A DNA stretch of 64,000 nt. Source: a virus. Positions 27,288 to 37,258 of the stretch are shown here, one piece after another; the stretch's first letter is position 1; each line of letters starts with the position of its first letter. The translations under genes were made by a program, and so were the position numbers. The stretch is taken from the IMG/VR virus record IMGVR_UViG_3300009550_000009; one strand, written 5' to 3'. Under the pieces are notes generated by a model. The model searched no databases, was not told where the DNA came from, and worked only from the letters and a program-made list of their open reading frames with translations.

Positions 27288-28295
27288 ATGGATTTTCTAA
27301 AAGAAATTGTAAAAGAGATTGGAGATGACTTTACTCAACTGGCATCAAATATCGACGAAACTGAAACATTTATTGACACAGGTTCGTTTATTTTTAATGG
27401 ACTTATATCAGGGAGTATATTTGGTGGTGTATCTAATAACAAGATCACTGCAATTGCTGGTGAAAGCAGCACTGGAAAGACTTTTTTCTCCCTCGCAGTG
27501 GTTAAAAACTTCCTTGATTCTAATCCTGATGGTTATTGTTTATACTTTGACACAGAGGCCGCAGTTAATAAAGGATTACTTCAGTCTCGTGGTATAGATT
27601 TAGATCGTCTTGTTGTAGTAAATGTTGTTACAATAGAAGAGTTTCGTAGTAAAGCACTCAAGGCAGTAGATATATATCTTAAAAAACCAGAGGATGAACG
27701 TAAACCATGTATGTTTGTGTTAGATTCTCTTGGCATGTTATCGACAGAGAAAGAAATAAATGATACACTAAATGAAAAACAAGTTAGAGATATGACCAAA
27801 TCTCAACTTGTCAAAGGTGCATTTAGAATGCTCACTTTGAAACTTGGTCAAGCAAAGATTCCACTTATTGTTACTAACCACACTTATGATGTCATTGGTT
27901 CTTATGTCCCTACAAAAGAAATGGGAGGAGGCAGCGGTCTCAAGTATGCTTCAAGCACAATCATTTATCTCAGTAAGAAAAAGGAGAAGGATGGAAAGGA
28001 AGTTATTGGAAACATTATCAAAGCAAAGACTCATAAATCACGCTTGAGTAAAGAAAACAAAACAGTTGAGATTCGTTTGTATTATGATGAACGTGGTCTT
28101 GACAAATATTATGGTCTCCTTGAGTTAGGTGAGATTGGTGGACTATGGAAAAACGTTGCTGGTAGATATGAAATCAATGGTAAAAAAATCTATGCAAAAC
28201 AAATCTATGCAGAACCAGAAACATACTTTGATGATTATGTAATGCAAGCTCTAGATGAAATAGCACAAAAGGAGTTTAGTTATGGAGAAAGTTGA
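27288..28295 (+). CDS. uvsX: RecA-like recombinase UvsX
   Basis: AGESSTGKT, YFDTE, LDSLG, MGGG.G.KY. Confidence 0.96.
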   Translation: MDFLKEIVKEIGDDFTQLASNIDETETFIDTGSFIFNGLISGSIFGGVSNNKITAIAGESSTGKTFFSLAVVKNFLDSNPDGYCLYFDTEAAVNKGLLQSRGIDLDRLVVVNVVTIEEFRSKALKAVDIYLKKPEDERKPCMFVLDSLGMLSTEKEINDTLNEKQVRDMTKSQLVKGAFRMLTLKLGQAKIPLIVTNHTYDVIGSYVPTKEMGGGSGLKYASSTIIYLSKKKEKDGKEVIGNIIKAKTHKSRLSKENKTVEIRLYYDERGLDKYYGLLELGEIGGLWKNVAGRYEINGKKIYAKQIYAEPETYFDDYVMQALDEIAQKEFSYGES

Positions 28296-29658
28296 GTTTC
28301 TTATCCTAAGAAACCTTTTATATAATGAAGAATATCTCCGTAAAGTTGTCCCTTTTATTAAACCAGAATACTTTGAAGATGAAAAACAAAAGATAGTTTT
28401 TCAAGAGATTACTGCGTTTGCTGAACAGTATAATGAACTTACTACCAAAGAAGTTCTTTGTATTGAGATTGAAAAACGAAATGATATTAATGACTCTATG
28501 TTCAAGGATATCACGTTGTTCATCGGTGAATTAGACGACAATCCTGCAGATCTTACATGGTTACTCGATACAACTGAAAAGTGGTGTCGAGATCGTGCTA
28601 TATACTTAGCATTAATAGAATCAATACAACTAGCAGATGGAAAAGATGACACTAAAGGAAGGGATGCTATTCCTTCTATTTTGTCTGATGCTCTGGCTGT
28701 GTCTTTCGATAATCATGTAGGTCATGATTATTTAATTGATTATGAGGATAGATATGAGTCTTATCACAGAAAAGAAGATAAGATACCATTCGACTTGGAG
28801 TTCTTCGATAAAGTCACAAAAGGAGGTCTCCCGAATAAAACGCTTAACATCGCTCTTGCTGGCACTGGTGTTGGTAAGTCTTTGTTTATGTGCCATTTTG
28901 CCTCTTCTGTTTTACTCCAAGGTAAAAATGTTCTCTATATTACTATGGAGATGGCTGAAGAAAAGATTGCGGAAAGGATTGATGCGAATCTTTTGAATAT
29001 TAATATTCAAGATATTACAGACTTACCTAAACCAATGTTTGAAAGTAAGGTGACTGACATATCAAAGAAGACACAAGGCACACTTATAATTAAAGAGTAT
29101 CCAACTGCTGCTGCACATTCAGGTCATTTTAAATCATTGTTAAATGAACTTGCATTAAAAAAATCTTTTAGACCTGATATTATATTCATTGATTATCTAA
29201 ACATATGTGCGTCCTCTCGTTATCGTGGTAATTCTAATGTCAATTCTTACTCGTATATCAAAGCAATTGCGGAAGAACTCCGTGGTCTTGCGGTTGAAGC
29301 AAACCTTCCAATCGTTTCAGCTACCCAAACCACTCGTAGTGGGTTTGCTAGTAGTGATGTGGATCTTACAGATACGTCCGAATCCTTTGGTCTCCCTGCA
29401 ACTGCTGACCTTATGTTCGCTCTTATATCTACAGAGGAGTTGGAGAGCATCAACCAAATATTGGTTAAGCAATTAAAGAATAGATATAATGATCCCACCA
29501 TACATAAACGTTTTGTTGTTGGTATTGATCGTGCAAAGATGAGATTATATGATTGTGAACAGAAAGCACAAGATGATATTATTGACAACGGACAAGAAAC
29601 AGAGTATGATGATGATAAATCAAAATTCAAAAAAACATTCGGTGATTTTAAATTCTAA
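28282..29658 (+). CDS. gp41: Replicative helicase gp41
   Basis: AGTGVGKS, IKEYPT, IDYLN, SATQ, SESFG, QLKNRY. Confidence 0.96.
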   Translation: MEKVEFLILRNLLYNEEYLRKVVPFIKPEYFEDEKQKIVFQEITAFAEQYNELTTKEVLCIEIEKRNDINDSMFKDITLFIGELDDNPADLTWLLDTTEKWCRDRAIYLALIESIQLADGKDDTKGRDAIPSILSDALAVSFDNHVGHDYLIDYEDRYESYHRKEDKIPFDLEFFDKVTKGGLPNKTLNIALAGTGVGKSLFMCHFASSVLLQGKNVLYITMEMAEEKIAERIDANLLNINIQDITDLPKPMFESKVTDISKKTQGTLIIKEYPTAAAHSGHFKSLLNELALKKSFRPDIIFIDYLNICASSRYRGNSNVNSYSYIKAIAEELRGLAVEANLPIVSATQTTRSGFASSDVDLTDTSESFGLPATADLMFALISTEELESINQILVKQLKNRYNDPTIHKRFVVGIDRAKMRLYDCEQKAQDDIIDNGQETEYDDDKSKFKKTFGDFKF

Positions 29659-29954
29659 TGACATTACCTGATTATTTTTATCCCTACTGGTCTGTATATG
29701 ATGGTTTAGGTCAACATTATAATGATTGCAGTCATGAAAAATATGCTATAGATACTTTGAGATTGCATCCTAATGAGGGGTTTACATACAAACAAATAAA
29801 TGCACCAAAACCATTACCACCACATATTGTTGATGTAACTGCCGAAACAGAAGGCGCATTACCGGGTCAAAAAGGATTGCCTAAAGCAACCGAAAGATTG
29901 CCCTTTGAACCCATACTAGAAGAACTACCAGAAAGTAATTTACAAGAAATTTAA
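29658..29954 (+). CDS. Hypothetical protein
   Basis: Intact ORF coupled to gp41. Confidence 0.55.
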   Translation: MTLPDYFYPYWSVYDGLGQHYNDCSHEKYAIDTLRLHPNEGFTYKQINAPKPLPPHIVDVTAETEGALPGQKGLPKATERLPFEPILEELPESNLQEI

Positions 29955-29956
29955 TT

Positions 29957-30364
29957 ATGACAGTTGACACAGAAAAATACTTAGACTTTGTGCATGATGT
30001 AACAAGCGCAGAAAGTTTAGACTATGCTGCTCTCTTAACTCGTATGAATAAACTAGAGTTAGAAGATGACTGTAATCTATCACAGTTATTAACCGCTGCA
30101 CTTGGTCTCACAGCAGAGTCTGGTGAATTTACTGAAGTAGTAAAGAAAATTATTCTTCAAGGAAAACCATATAATGAAAATAATGTCTTTCATATGAAGA
30201 GAGAACTAGGTGATATTTGTTGGTATATTGCTCAAGCATGTATGGCACTCGACACAACATTTGATGAAATAATTGAGATGAATGTTGATAAATTAAAGAA
30301 AAGATATCCCGGTGGTGAGTTTAACGTGCATCAATCCGAAAATCGTAAGGCAGGAGATCTATAA
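29957..30364 (+). CDS. mazG: MazG nucleoside triphosphate pyrophosphohydrolase
   Basis: GL.AE.GEF.E.VKK, ELGDI.WY, N..KL..RYP. Confidence 0.93.
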   Translation: MTVDTEKYLDFVHDVTSAESLDYAALLTRMNKLELEDDCNLSQLLTAALGLTAESGEFTEVVKKIILQGKPYNENNVFHMKRELGDICWYIAQACMALDTTFDEIIEMNVDKLKKRYPGGEFNVHQSENRKAGDL

Positions 30365-30367
30365 ATA
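30360..30367 (+). promoter_or_regulatory. T4-type late promoter
   Basis: TATAAATA. Confidence 0.75.
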
Positions 30368-30392
30368 CTTTTGTTAAATTCTAATAATTCCC

Positions 30393-31079
30393 ATGGGCTT
30401 AATGAATGATCTTGCAGGTTTATCTGCAGCATACGCCTCTATGAATAAGAGTGATCAAGGATATCTTTTGACAAGAGCAGATAAAGATGGTAATACTCCT
30501 GCGTGGCAAAATCGTTATAAGATAAATGAGGCAACAGGTAAACCATTGTATATAATGGCAGATCATCTTGTTGAGTCATTCGAGAATGAACTATTTCATA
30601 AAATTGATGAGGCTCTTGAGGAGTTAGATAAGTTAAACGAAGGAAAGATACCTGCAGGACTTAGAGCATACCTTGATAAGAAAAAAGGTAAAAAAGGTAA
30701 TGGAAAAGATAATGGTAATGGGAAAGATCATGATGATGATAATGGAAATGGAAATGGTAAAGGGAAACCAGATTTCATAGATCTTGATAAAGATGGTGAT
30801 AAAAAGGAGTCAATGAAAAAGGCTGCTAAAGATAAGAAAATGAAAGAGGAAAATTCTCTTTTAGATTCTGGTATTTTTTCTGAAGAAGAAATAACTGGTA
30901 TTCTTTGGGGTGAGTTTGAGGAGAACAGACAAGTTGCTATGAATCCTGAGAAGTATAAAGATCCAGATGAATCTGATAAACCATATCGTCAGAGATCAAA
31001 AGCAGCAAGAATGAGAGATCCTGAGAGAGGAATCAACTCTCCTGCGTTCAAGAAGTTTATGGCAGACCGAGGAATGTGA
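30393..31079 (+). CDS. Late, charged, modular protein (putative capsid-internal protein)
   Basis: Late promoter; Gly-Asn low-complexity tract; PDFIDLDKDGD (DxDxDG) motif; hydrophobic-X-E junctions. Confidence 0.6.
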   Translation: MGLMNDLAGLSAAYASMNKSDQGYLLTRADKDGNTPAWQNRYKINEATGKPLYIMADHLVESFENELFHKIDEALEELDKLNEGKIPAGLRAYLDKKKGKKGNGKDNGNGKDHDDDNGNGNGKGKPDFIDLDKDGDKKESMKKAAKDKKMKEENSLLDSGIFSEEEITGILWGEFEENRQVAMNPEKYKDPDESDKPYRQRSKAARMRDPERGINSPAFKKFMADRGM

Positions 31080-31101
31080 TATTCAATATTGTATGCTACA
31101 A

Positions 31102-31109
31102 TATAAATA
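31102..31109 (+). promoter_or_regulatory. T4-type late promoter
   Basis: TATAAATA. Confidence 0.65.
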
Positions 31110-31129
31110 TCTCAGATATTTAAATTACT

Positions 31130-31384
31130 ATGGCATTACATATGCGTGAGCAAATCCTAAGAGCATTGATTGCACATGCTCAAGGAGACATTGCAAAACA
31201 TAGAGCAAATGTTGAAGTTTATCTTGAACATCCTGCAGGTGTTGGTGAGCACACTGACATACTAGAATCTATTGAAAAGGAATTAGATACTATTGCAAAG
31301 TATCAAGATCAGATAGATGTAATCAAGAAGTATTTCATGTCGTCTCAAACTATGTCTAATATTGACAAAAGATCGAGTGAGTAG
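31130..31384 (+). CDS. Conserved cyanophage hypothetical protein
   Basis: HA.G.I.KH.ANVEVYL..P.GVGEH.D motif. Confidence 0.75.
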   Translation: MALHMREQILRALIAHAQGDIAKHRANVEVYLEHPAGVGEHTDILESIEKELDTIAKYQDQIDVIKKYFMSSQTMSNIDKRSSE

Positions 31385-31388
31385 ATAG

Positions 31389-32840
31389 ATGGCTGATTCA
31401 CCCAAATTATCAGAATCATCACAAGCATTATTTTGTGCTGTTGTTGATTATTTGGGTAAACCAATTAATGGTAGAAATAGACCGGCAAATTATCCTGCTT
31501 TTAAAAGAGAATATGGATCAATAATTAATAGAGTAAAAAACAAAGTTAAAACTGGATCTGTTTCAGTGTCAAGTATTGAAAGATATTTAACGGAGAATAA
31601 AGACTGGTATGACTCATCAATTAATATAGCGAATGAACTTTTTAATGCAACAGCAAAAATATCTAGAAAAACTTACAATAGAATAAAACCAAAAGGAATA
31701 AGTTTGTTTTATATTAGAGGTGATAAAGGCACGAGAGATATCATGAGTGACATTGCACTTATTTGGAAATATACAAATACTGCTGTAAAAAAAAGAAACA
31801 GATTAGAAGGGATAAACGATTTAACATTTAACGATATAAACAAGTGGAGTCCAGCAGATATCTATCTTGCCTCTCAAAAAGGTAGGATGGTTATAAGACA
31901 ATTAGCCTCTGGAAAAGTAATGGGTAGTGGAATTAAAATTGGTAAAACAAATATTGATTCACTTACTGCTATGACAAGTTTTTCAGTATTGAACGCTTTA
32001 TTAAAACAAATGATGGAGAATGGTGACATACTGCCACTGTCTTTAAAGAAAGCACCTAACAAGGATAGCGTTGTTATAAAAACAATAAATTTTATGGACA
32101 ATGATGTTGCGAATGCTTTGAAAAAAAATGATATTAGATATCACGGTTATATATTTTCACAAACACAGGACGTATTCAACTCAAAAGATGTTTATATTAA
32201 GATAACTACAGGCCCTTTTAAGTTGCAATTCAGAGATAAGGGTGGAACTGGTGGTGGACAAAAACCCACTTTTTCTTATCAGTGTATAATATCTGGAGGA
32301 AAACAAGCTCTTGATGGTAGTCTTGCAGGTGATTCGATAGGTAATGTTATATTTCAAACAAACCAATCTTTAGGAAGACAATTCTCTTCAGCAAGTCAGA
32401 GTAGAATAATAGACTCAGCTTTTAAGATTGCAAAAAATATGCAAAAAGAGATAGATGTTGATGGGGTTCTATCTAAATCAATAGAAAATACTATTTGTAG
32501 AAAAGTATATGAATATGCGGTGAAATACTCTAATACCGCGATAGGATCAATAAAATCCTTTTACGAAGAATTAGTTAATCATCCTCAGTTTTCGAGGGGT
32601 GGCACATCTATCATGGTCAAGGAAGATGGTGGTAAGGTGAGACTTGAGAGTGAACTTTTAGTTGAAAGAGCAAGAACACAATTTTTATTTGGAAAGTTTA
32701 TGGGTGGTAGATTGATAGAGGGCATGGAGAGATCAAAAAAAGACGCTGATGAAATAGCGATAAATTTATTATTATATGCAGGATCAAGAACGGCTAAATC
32801 ATCACCCCATGTTAAAGCATCTGATATCTCATCATTGTAA
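31389..32840 (+). CDS. Hypothetical protein, possible PD-(D/E)xK nuclease fold
   Basis: NKWSPADIYL...PLSLKK. Confidence 0.5.
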   Translation: MADSPKLSESSQALFCAVVDYLGKPINGRNRPANYPAFKREYGSIINRVKNKVKTGSVSVSSIERYLTENKDWYDSSINIANELFNATAKISRKTYNRIKPKGISLFYIRGDKGTRDIMSDIALIWKYTNTAVKKRNRLEGINDLTFNDINKWSPADIYLASQKGRMVIRQLASGKVMGSGIKIGKTNIDSLTAMTSFSVLNALLKQMMENGDILPLSLKKAPNKDSVVIKTINFMDNDVANALKKNDIRYHGYIFSQTQDVFNSKDVYIKITTGPFKLQFRDKGGTGGGQKPTFSYQCIISGGKQALDGSLAGDSIGNVIFQTNQSLGRQFSSASQSRIIDSAFKIAKNMQKEIDVDGVLSKSIENTICRKVYEYAVKYSNTAIGSIKSFYEELVNHPQFSRGGTSIMVKEDGGKVRLESELLVERARTQFLFGKFMGGRLIEGMERSKKDADEIAINLLLYAGSRTAKSSPHVKASDISSL

Positions 32841-32870
32841 ATCGCTAAATAAAGTATATAATACCATCTT

Positions 32871-34145
32871 ATGAAAGGTTTTTCACGATTTTTAGTTGAA
32901 GCAGAAGAATCCAAAGTAGCCGCTCAAGCAAAAAGACTCAATCTAAAGAGTGATGGGCATGGCGGTTGGTTAGATGCTGGTGGAAAGTATGTTGCAAAAA
33001 CAGAAAAAGGAAAACTAAAATTCTTTGGTAAGAGAGGTGGAGCAAAAGAAGATCCACAGACACAAACTCGTAGACCAACACCAGAACCAATCAAAACTAA
33101 AGTTGCTGCAAGACCCGGACAAGTTGCAGCACCAGCAAAACCAGCACAACCAGAAACTGCAGCACCTGTAAAGACAAAAAAACCTGATGAGGCAGAGACT
33201 GCAGAGGGAGATACAATTACAGTTGCGTTTGGTAGATTTAATCCACCAACTATAGGTCATGAAAAATTATTAAAAGCAGCACAAAAAGTTGCTGTGGGTG
33301 GTGAATTAAAAATATACCCATCAAGATCACAAGATCCAAAGAAAAATCCTCTTGATCCTGATATGAAAGTTTCATTCATGAGAAAGATGTTTCCAGAGTT
33401 TGAAGAAAATATTATAAATGATTCAGAAATGAGATCAATATTTAATGTATTGGTTACAGCAGCAGAGGAAGGATATAAAAATGTTAATATTGTTGTTGGA
33501 GCAGATCGTCAAGCAGAGTTTGAAAATCTTGCAAACAAATATAATGGAGAACTATATGATTTTGATGAGATTAGAGTTATTTCTGCTGGCGTGAGAGATG
33601 CTGATGCTGAAGGAGTTGAAGGGATGTCGGCATCTAAAATGAGAAAAGCTGTAGTAGATGATGATTTTAATTCATTTAAAACAGGAACACCAAGTTCTAT
33701 AAAAGATGCAGATGCACAAGCTTTATATGATGCAGTTCGTTCTGGTATGAAGATTGCAAAGAAGAAAGCAGTTGCAGAATTATGGCAAATTGCACCTAAA
33801 TGTGATCCAAGAGGTTTGAGAGAACAATATGTATCTGGTAATTTATATAAATTAGGTGATTATGTTGAAAGTTTGAATACGGGACTGATAGGAAAAATAA
33901 TTCGTCGTGGAACTAATCATTTAATATGTGTAACCGAAGAAAATTATATGTTTAAAACATGGATAAAGGATGTCATGGAATATTCTGAAGTCAGAATGAG
34001 TCGTCGTATGAGAGATAAAACACACCCAAATTACTTAATTGGCACTTCAGGATATAGAAAAAACGTTATGGATAAGATGGGTATGAAGAAAATACAGAAC
34101 TTTGATATTAAGGAGTTCATAAATAAATACAGACTAAAAAAGTGA
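32871..34145 (+). CDS. HxGH-class nucleotidyltransferase (cytidylyltransferase/NMNAT-like) with a capsid-targeting-like N-terminus
   Basis: FGRFNPPTIGH, VVGADR, MSASKMR; begins MKGFSRFLVE; CTAAATA upstream. Confidence 0.85.
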   Translation: MKGFSRFLVEAEESKVAAQAKRLNLKSDGHGGWLDAGGKYVAKTEKGKLKFFGKRGGAKEDPQTQTRRPTPEPIKTKVAARPGQVAAPAKPAQPETAAPVKTKKPDEAETAEGDTITVAFGRFNPPTIGHEKLLKAAQKVAVGGELKIYPSRSQDPKKNPLDPDMKVSFMRKMFPEFEENIINDSEMRSIFNVLVTAAEEGYKNVNIVVGADRQAEFENLANKYNGELYDFDEIRVISAGVRDADAEGVEGMSASKMRKAVVDDDFNSFKTGTPSSIKDADAQALYDAVRSGMKIAKKKAVAELWQIAPKCDPRGLREQYVSGNLYKLGDYVESLNTGLIGKIIRRGTNHLICVTEENYMFKTWIKDVMEYSEVRMSRRMRDKTHPNYLIGTSGYRKNVMDKMGMKKIQNFDIKEFINKYRLKK

Positions 34146-34146
34146 C

Positions 34147-35484
34147 ATGCCACAAGGAATATCGCCAAACCCATTAAACAAACTATCACAAATCTACTTA
34201 AATCAGATTGTTGAATCTGATTGTGATTGTGAAGGATGTGGTCAAGACCCATGCATTAAGTGTGGAAGAAGTCATCATATTGTGAATGAGCATCATAAGA
34301 AAGACGCAGATGGTAATACGATTCCTCATGAGGGTGAAGATGTTGATGAAGCAATGTATACAGGCCCTAACAAAGAAGATAGAAAGCAAATTAAAAAAAT
34401 GGATGACCCTAGTTATGCTAAGAAGTTAGCAGACTATGAAAAGAATATGGATCCTAAGAAACGTCAGGCTCTTAAGGATAAAGCAACTAAGGGTATGAAG
34501 TTTACTCATGAAGCATTTTCTGACACAGGTATGGCAAAAGGATCTGGAAAACCATCTGGTGCTATGAAAGATTTTCTTGATAAGAAAGCAAAGAAACTAG
34601 AAAAACAAAGAGCGTCACAATCTCAAGCTGCTAGAAATAATCCTCACTTTGATAGCACACAACCATCACCATCAGGTAGAAATAAGTATATGGAATCTAT
34701 TTCTAATTGGAGAGAAGATTTTATATGGGAAGAAGAAGTTGAAGGCCCCGATAATAAAGATAATAAAAAAGTAACAGAGAAAAATATAAAAAATAAAATT
34801 GTTATTAATCCTAAATTAGGTGAGGCAGTTGAAAGTATGGGTGGACAACTGATTGATGTTGTTGAAATGGATATGGATAAAAAGGGTCAAGAGGATCCAC
34901 AAATGAAATCAAAGATGCTTCGTCAAAGGCAACTTAAAAAACAAGTATTACTTCGTAAATTACAGGCAGTAAGACAAACTGGTGGTGAAGACATTGTTGC
35001 ATCATATGAACCAGACGGTGAACAACTTGATGAATATGGTAATCCAAGAGTAGGAATGAGGTTGAAAGTTGCTCGTGCGATTGATAAAGTAAATCCAAAA
35101 CCAAAAGTAGGTAGTAAGAGAACTGCTATTTCAAACAAGTTGAAGATGTCTTCAATACGAGCAGAAACTAGAAGACAAAAACAAAAAGATAATCCATATT
35201 CAGTTGGTAAAAAAGTAAAGACTGCACTTGGAATGAGCACTGAAGACTACATTCCAGAAGAGGGATATGATCATTATAAAGATCGCATGGCTGAAAGGGG
35301 TATTGATATAAGTTCTCCTGATAAGAAAGATGCAACAACTATGCCAAGAAAACCAGAGAAACAATCAAAAGGCATGACTGCTGCACAAAAAGCAGCAAAA
35401 GGTAAATCTGCGCTTGATATTGTGAAAGCAGACATTAGGAAAAAATATGGTAAAGGTGCCATCATGGATATGAGTAAAAAATAA
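34147..35484 (+). CDS. Late, modular, Lys-rich protein (putative internal polyprotein)
   Basis: ATAAATA upstream; Cys cluster CDC..C...C..C; basic blocks separated by hydrophobic-X-E. Confidence 0.65.
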   Translation: MPQGISPNPLNKLSQIYLNQIVESDCDCEGCGQDPCIKCGRSHHIVNEHHKKDADGNTIPHEGEDVDEAMYTGPNKEDRKQIKKMDDPSYAKKLADYEKNMDPKKRQALKDKATKGMKFTHEAFSDTGMAKGSGKPSGAMKDFLDKKAKKLEKQRASQSQAARNNPHFDSTQPSPSGRNKYMESISNWREDFIWEEEVEGPDNKDNKKVTEKNIKNKIVINPKLGEAVESMGGQLIDVVEMDMDKKGQEDPQMKSKMLRQRQLKKQVLLRKLQAVRQTGGEDIVASYEPDGEQLDEYGNPRVGMRLKVARAIDKVNPKPKVGSKRTAISNKLKMSSIRAETRRQKQKDNPYSVGKKVKTALGMSTEDYIPEEGYDHYKDRMAERGIDISSPDKKDATTMPRKPEKQSKGMTAAQKAAKGKSALDIVKADIRKKYGKGAIMDMSKK

Positions 35485-37229
35485 TGCCAGCACTTTCCAA
35501 AAAACAACAAAGATTTATGGGAATGGTTTATGCAACCAAAAAAGGTGAAATGGATAATCCGTCACCTGAAGTTCAAAAGGCTGCAGACTCTATGAAAAAA
35601 AGTGATGCAAAAGATTTTGCATCTACAAAACATAAAGGTTTACCAAATAAAGTAGTGCAAAAGGAAGAATCAAATCCTCGTATTCCTCGCAAGAAGGGGC
35701 AACCAGCAGGTTCAAAAAAACATTCTGATTTATATACTGATGAAAATCCTAAAGGAACTATTCATGGACTTGGTTTTAAGGATGTGGCTACTGCTAAAGC
35801 ATCTGTCTCAAAAATACGTAATTCTTCAAGATCACATGCTCATAAAATTCAAGCAGCAGTTGCTATGGAACAAAGGGCAAGAGAAATGGGTAAAACCTCT
35901 GAAGCAGCAGTCTATAGAAAATTCATCAACACGATGAAGGAAAAGACAAAGAAGATGAATGAAGCGATAAATCCTGCACAACAGGCTGCTATTGCTATCT
36001 CTAAAAAGAATAGATTGCAAGATTTAAAAATTGTTAAGAAAAAAAAGAAATCTATGAGTGAGAAAAAAGATCATGAACACTCAATGATAAGATCTCAACT
36101 CTCCACTATCATGAGAGCATCACAGAGATTGAAGAAAAAAATGAAAGGTGAAGGTGATGTAGAAGCATGGGTTCAATCAAAGATTACTAAAGCAGCAGAT
36201 TATATAGATACTGCAGCAGATTATGTAGATAGTGGTGAAGTAAACGAAGAAGGTTTACGGAACTGGTTTGGTAAATCAAGCGGAACTACTAAGTCTGGAC
36301 GCAAAGTAAAAGGTTGGGTTCAAGTTGGTGGTAAGTATGATGGTAAACCTTGTGCTCGCCAACCCGGTCAGAAAACAACTCCTAAGTGCACCTCTTCATC
36401 AAAGAGAGCATCTATGAGTGATAAAGAAAGAGATAGTGCTCGTCGTCGTAAGGTCGCTGCTGATCCCGGTCAACCACAAAAGTCTGGTGCAGCAAAACCT
36501 ACCATGGTATCAACTGACCCCAAGAAAAAAATGAAAGAAGCAAAAGAGCTCCCTAAAAATGTAAAAGGGATTGCAAAAGAGCTTGATAAAGCAGTTGAAT
36601 TGCATTCTAGTCAAGCAAAAAGGTTAAGAAAAGCTGGTATAAGTGAAGCAAAGGACAAAAAAGGTAAGGGTAGTGGCACAAAAGATGCTTGCTATCATAA
36701 AGTTAAGTCACGTTATTCAGTTTGGCCTAGTGCATATGCTTCAGGTGCTTTAGTTAAGTGTCGTAAAGTAGGTGCTGCTAACTGGGGTAACAGCACGAAA
36801 GAAGAGTTCGTGAAGGACGGAATCTCATTTCAACAGTTTCAGGAAAAGTGTTGGAAAGGTTATGAAAAGAAAGGTATGAAGACGATGTTTGGTAAGAGAT
36901 ATCCAAACTGTGTCAAGAAAGAGGAGACTGAGGTAGTAAGAGAGGATGATATGAAGGGGATGAGCGTCAAGTCTGGTCATAAAAGACCCACAAAAAGTGG
37001 GGCTGGAATGACAAAAAAGGGTGTTGAGGCGTATCGCCGTAGAAATCCGGGGTCTAAATTAAAGACAGCGGTGACTACTCCTCCATCAAAACTAAAAGCC
37101 GGAAGTAAGTCTGCCAACAGAAGAAAGAGTTACTGTGCAAGAAGTGCAGGGCAAATGAAGAAGTTTCCTAAAGCAGCGAAAGATCCAGATAGCAGATTAA
37201 GGCAAGCACGAAGACGCTGGAACTGCTGA
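35484..37229 (+). CDS. Highly basic multi-module protein (DUF3008-like, DUF5872-like and DUF6321-like modules); putative internal polyprotein
   Basis: Modules S.KQQRFMG...DFAST, HSDLYTDENPKGT, WVQSKITKA.DY, L..WF...W...PCAR, DACY.KVK.RY..WPSAYASG, CW.GY...PNCVK, G.GMT..G...RRKS.CAR...RRW.C. Confidence 0.75.
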   Translation: MPALSKKQQRFMGMVYATKKGEMDNPSPEVQKAADSMKKSDAKDFASTKHKGLPNKVVQKEESNPRIPRKKGQPAGSKKHSDLYTDENPKGTIHGLGFKDVATAKASVSKIRNSSRSHAHKIQAAVAMEQRAREMGKTSEAAVYRKFINTMKEKTKKMNEAINPAQQAAIAISKKNRLQDLKIVKKKKKSMSEKKDHEHSMIRSQLSTIMRASQRLKKKMKGEGDVEAWVQSKITKAADYIDTAADYVDSGEVNEEGLRNWFGKSSGTTKSGRKVKGWVQVGGKYDGKPCARQPGQKTTPKCTSSSKRASMSDKERDSARRRKVAADPGQPQKSGAAKPTMVSTDPKKKMKEAKELPKNVKGIAKELDKAVELHSSQAKRLRKAGISEAKDKKGKGSGTKDACYHKVKSRYSVWPSAYASGALVKCRKVGAANWGNSTKEEFVKDGISFQQFQEKCWKGYEKKGMKTMFGKRYPNCVKKEETEVVREDDMKGMSVKSGHKRPTKSGAGMTKKGVEAYRRRNPGSKLKTAVTTPPSKLKAGSKSANRRKSYCARSAGQMKKFPKAAKDPDSRLRQARRRWNC

Positions 37230-37258
37230 CCTATATAATATACGTTTAGGAAATTATT

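Noticed and set aside
30690-30770. GGTAAT/GGAAAT repeats as a DNA-level repeat element
   Set aside because: They encode a Gly-Asn low-complexity linker with synonymous variation, so this is a protein-level feature.
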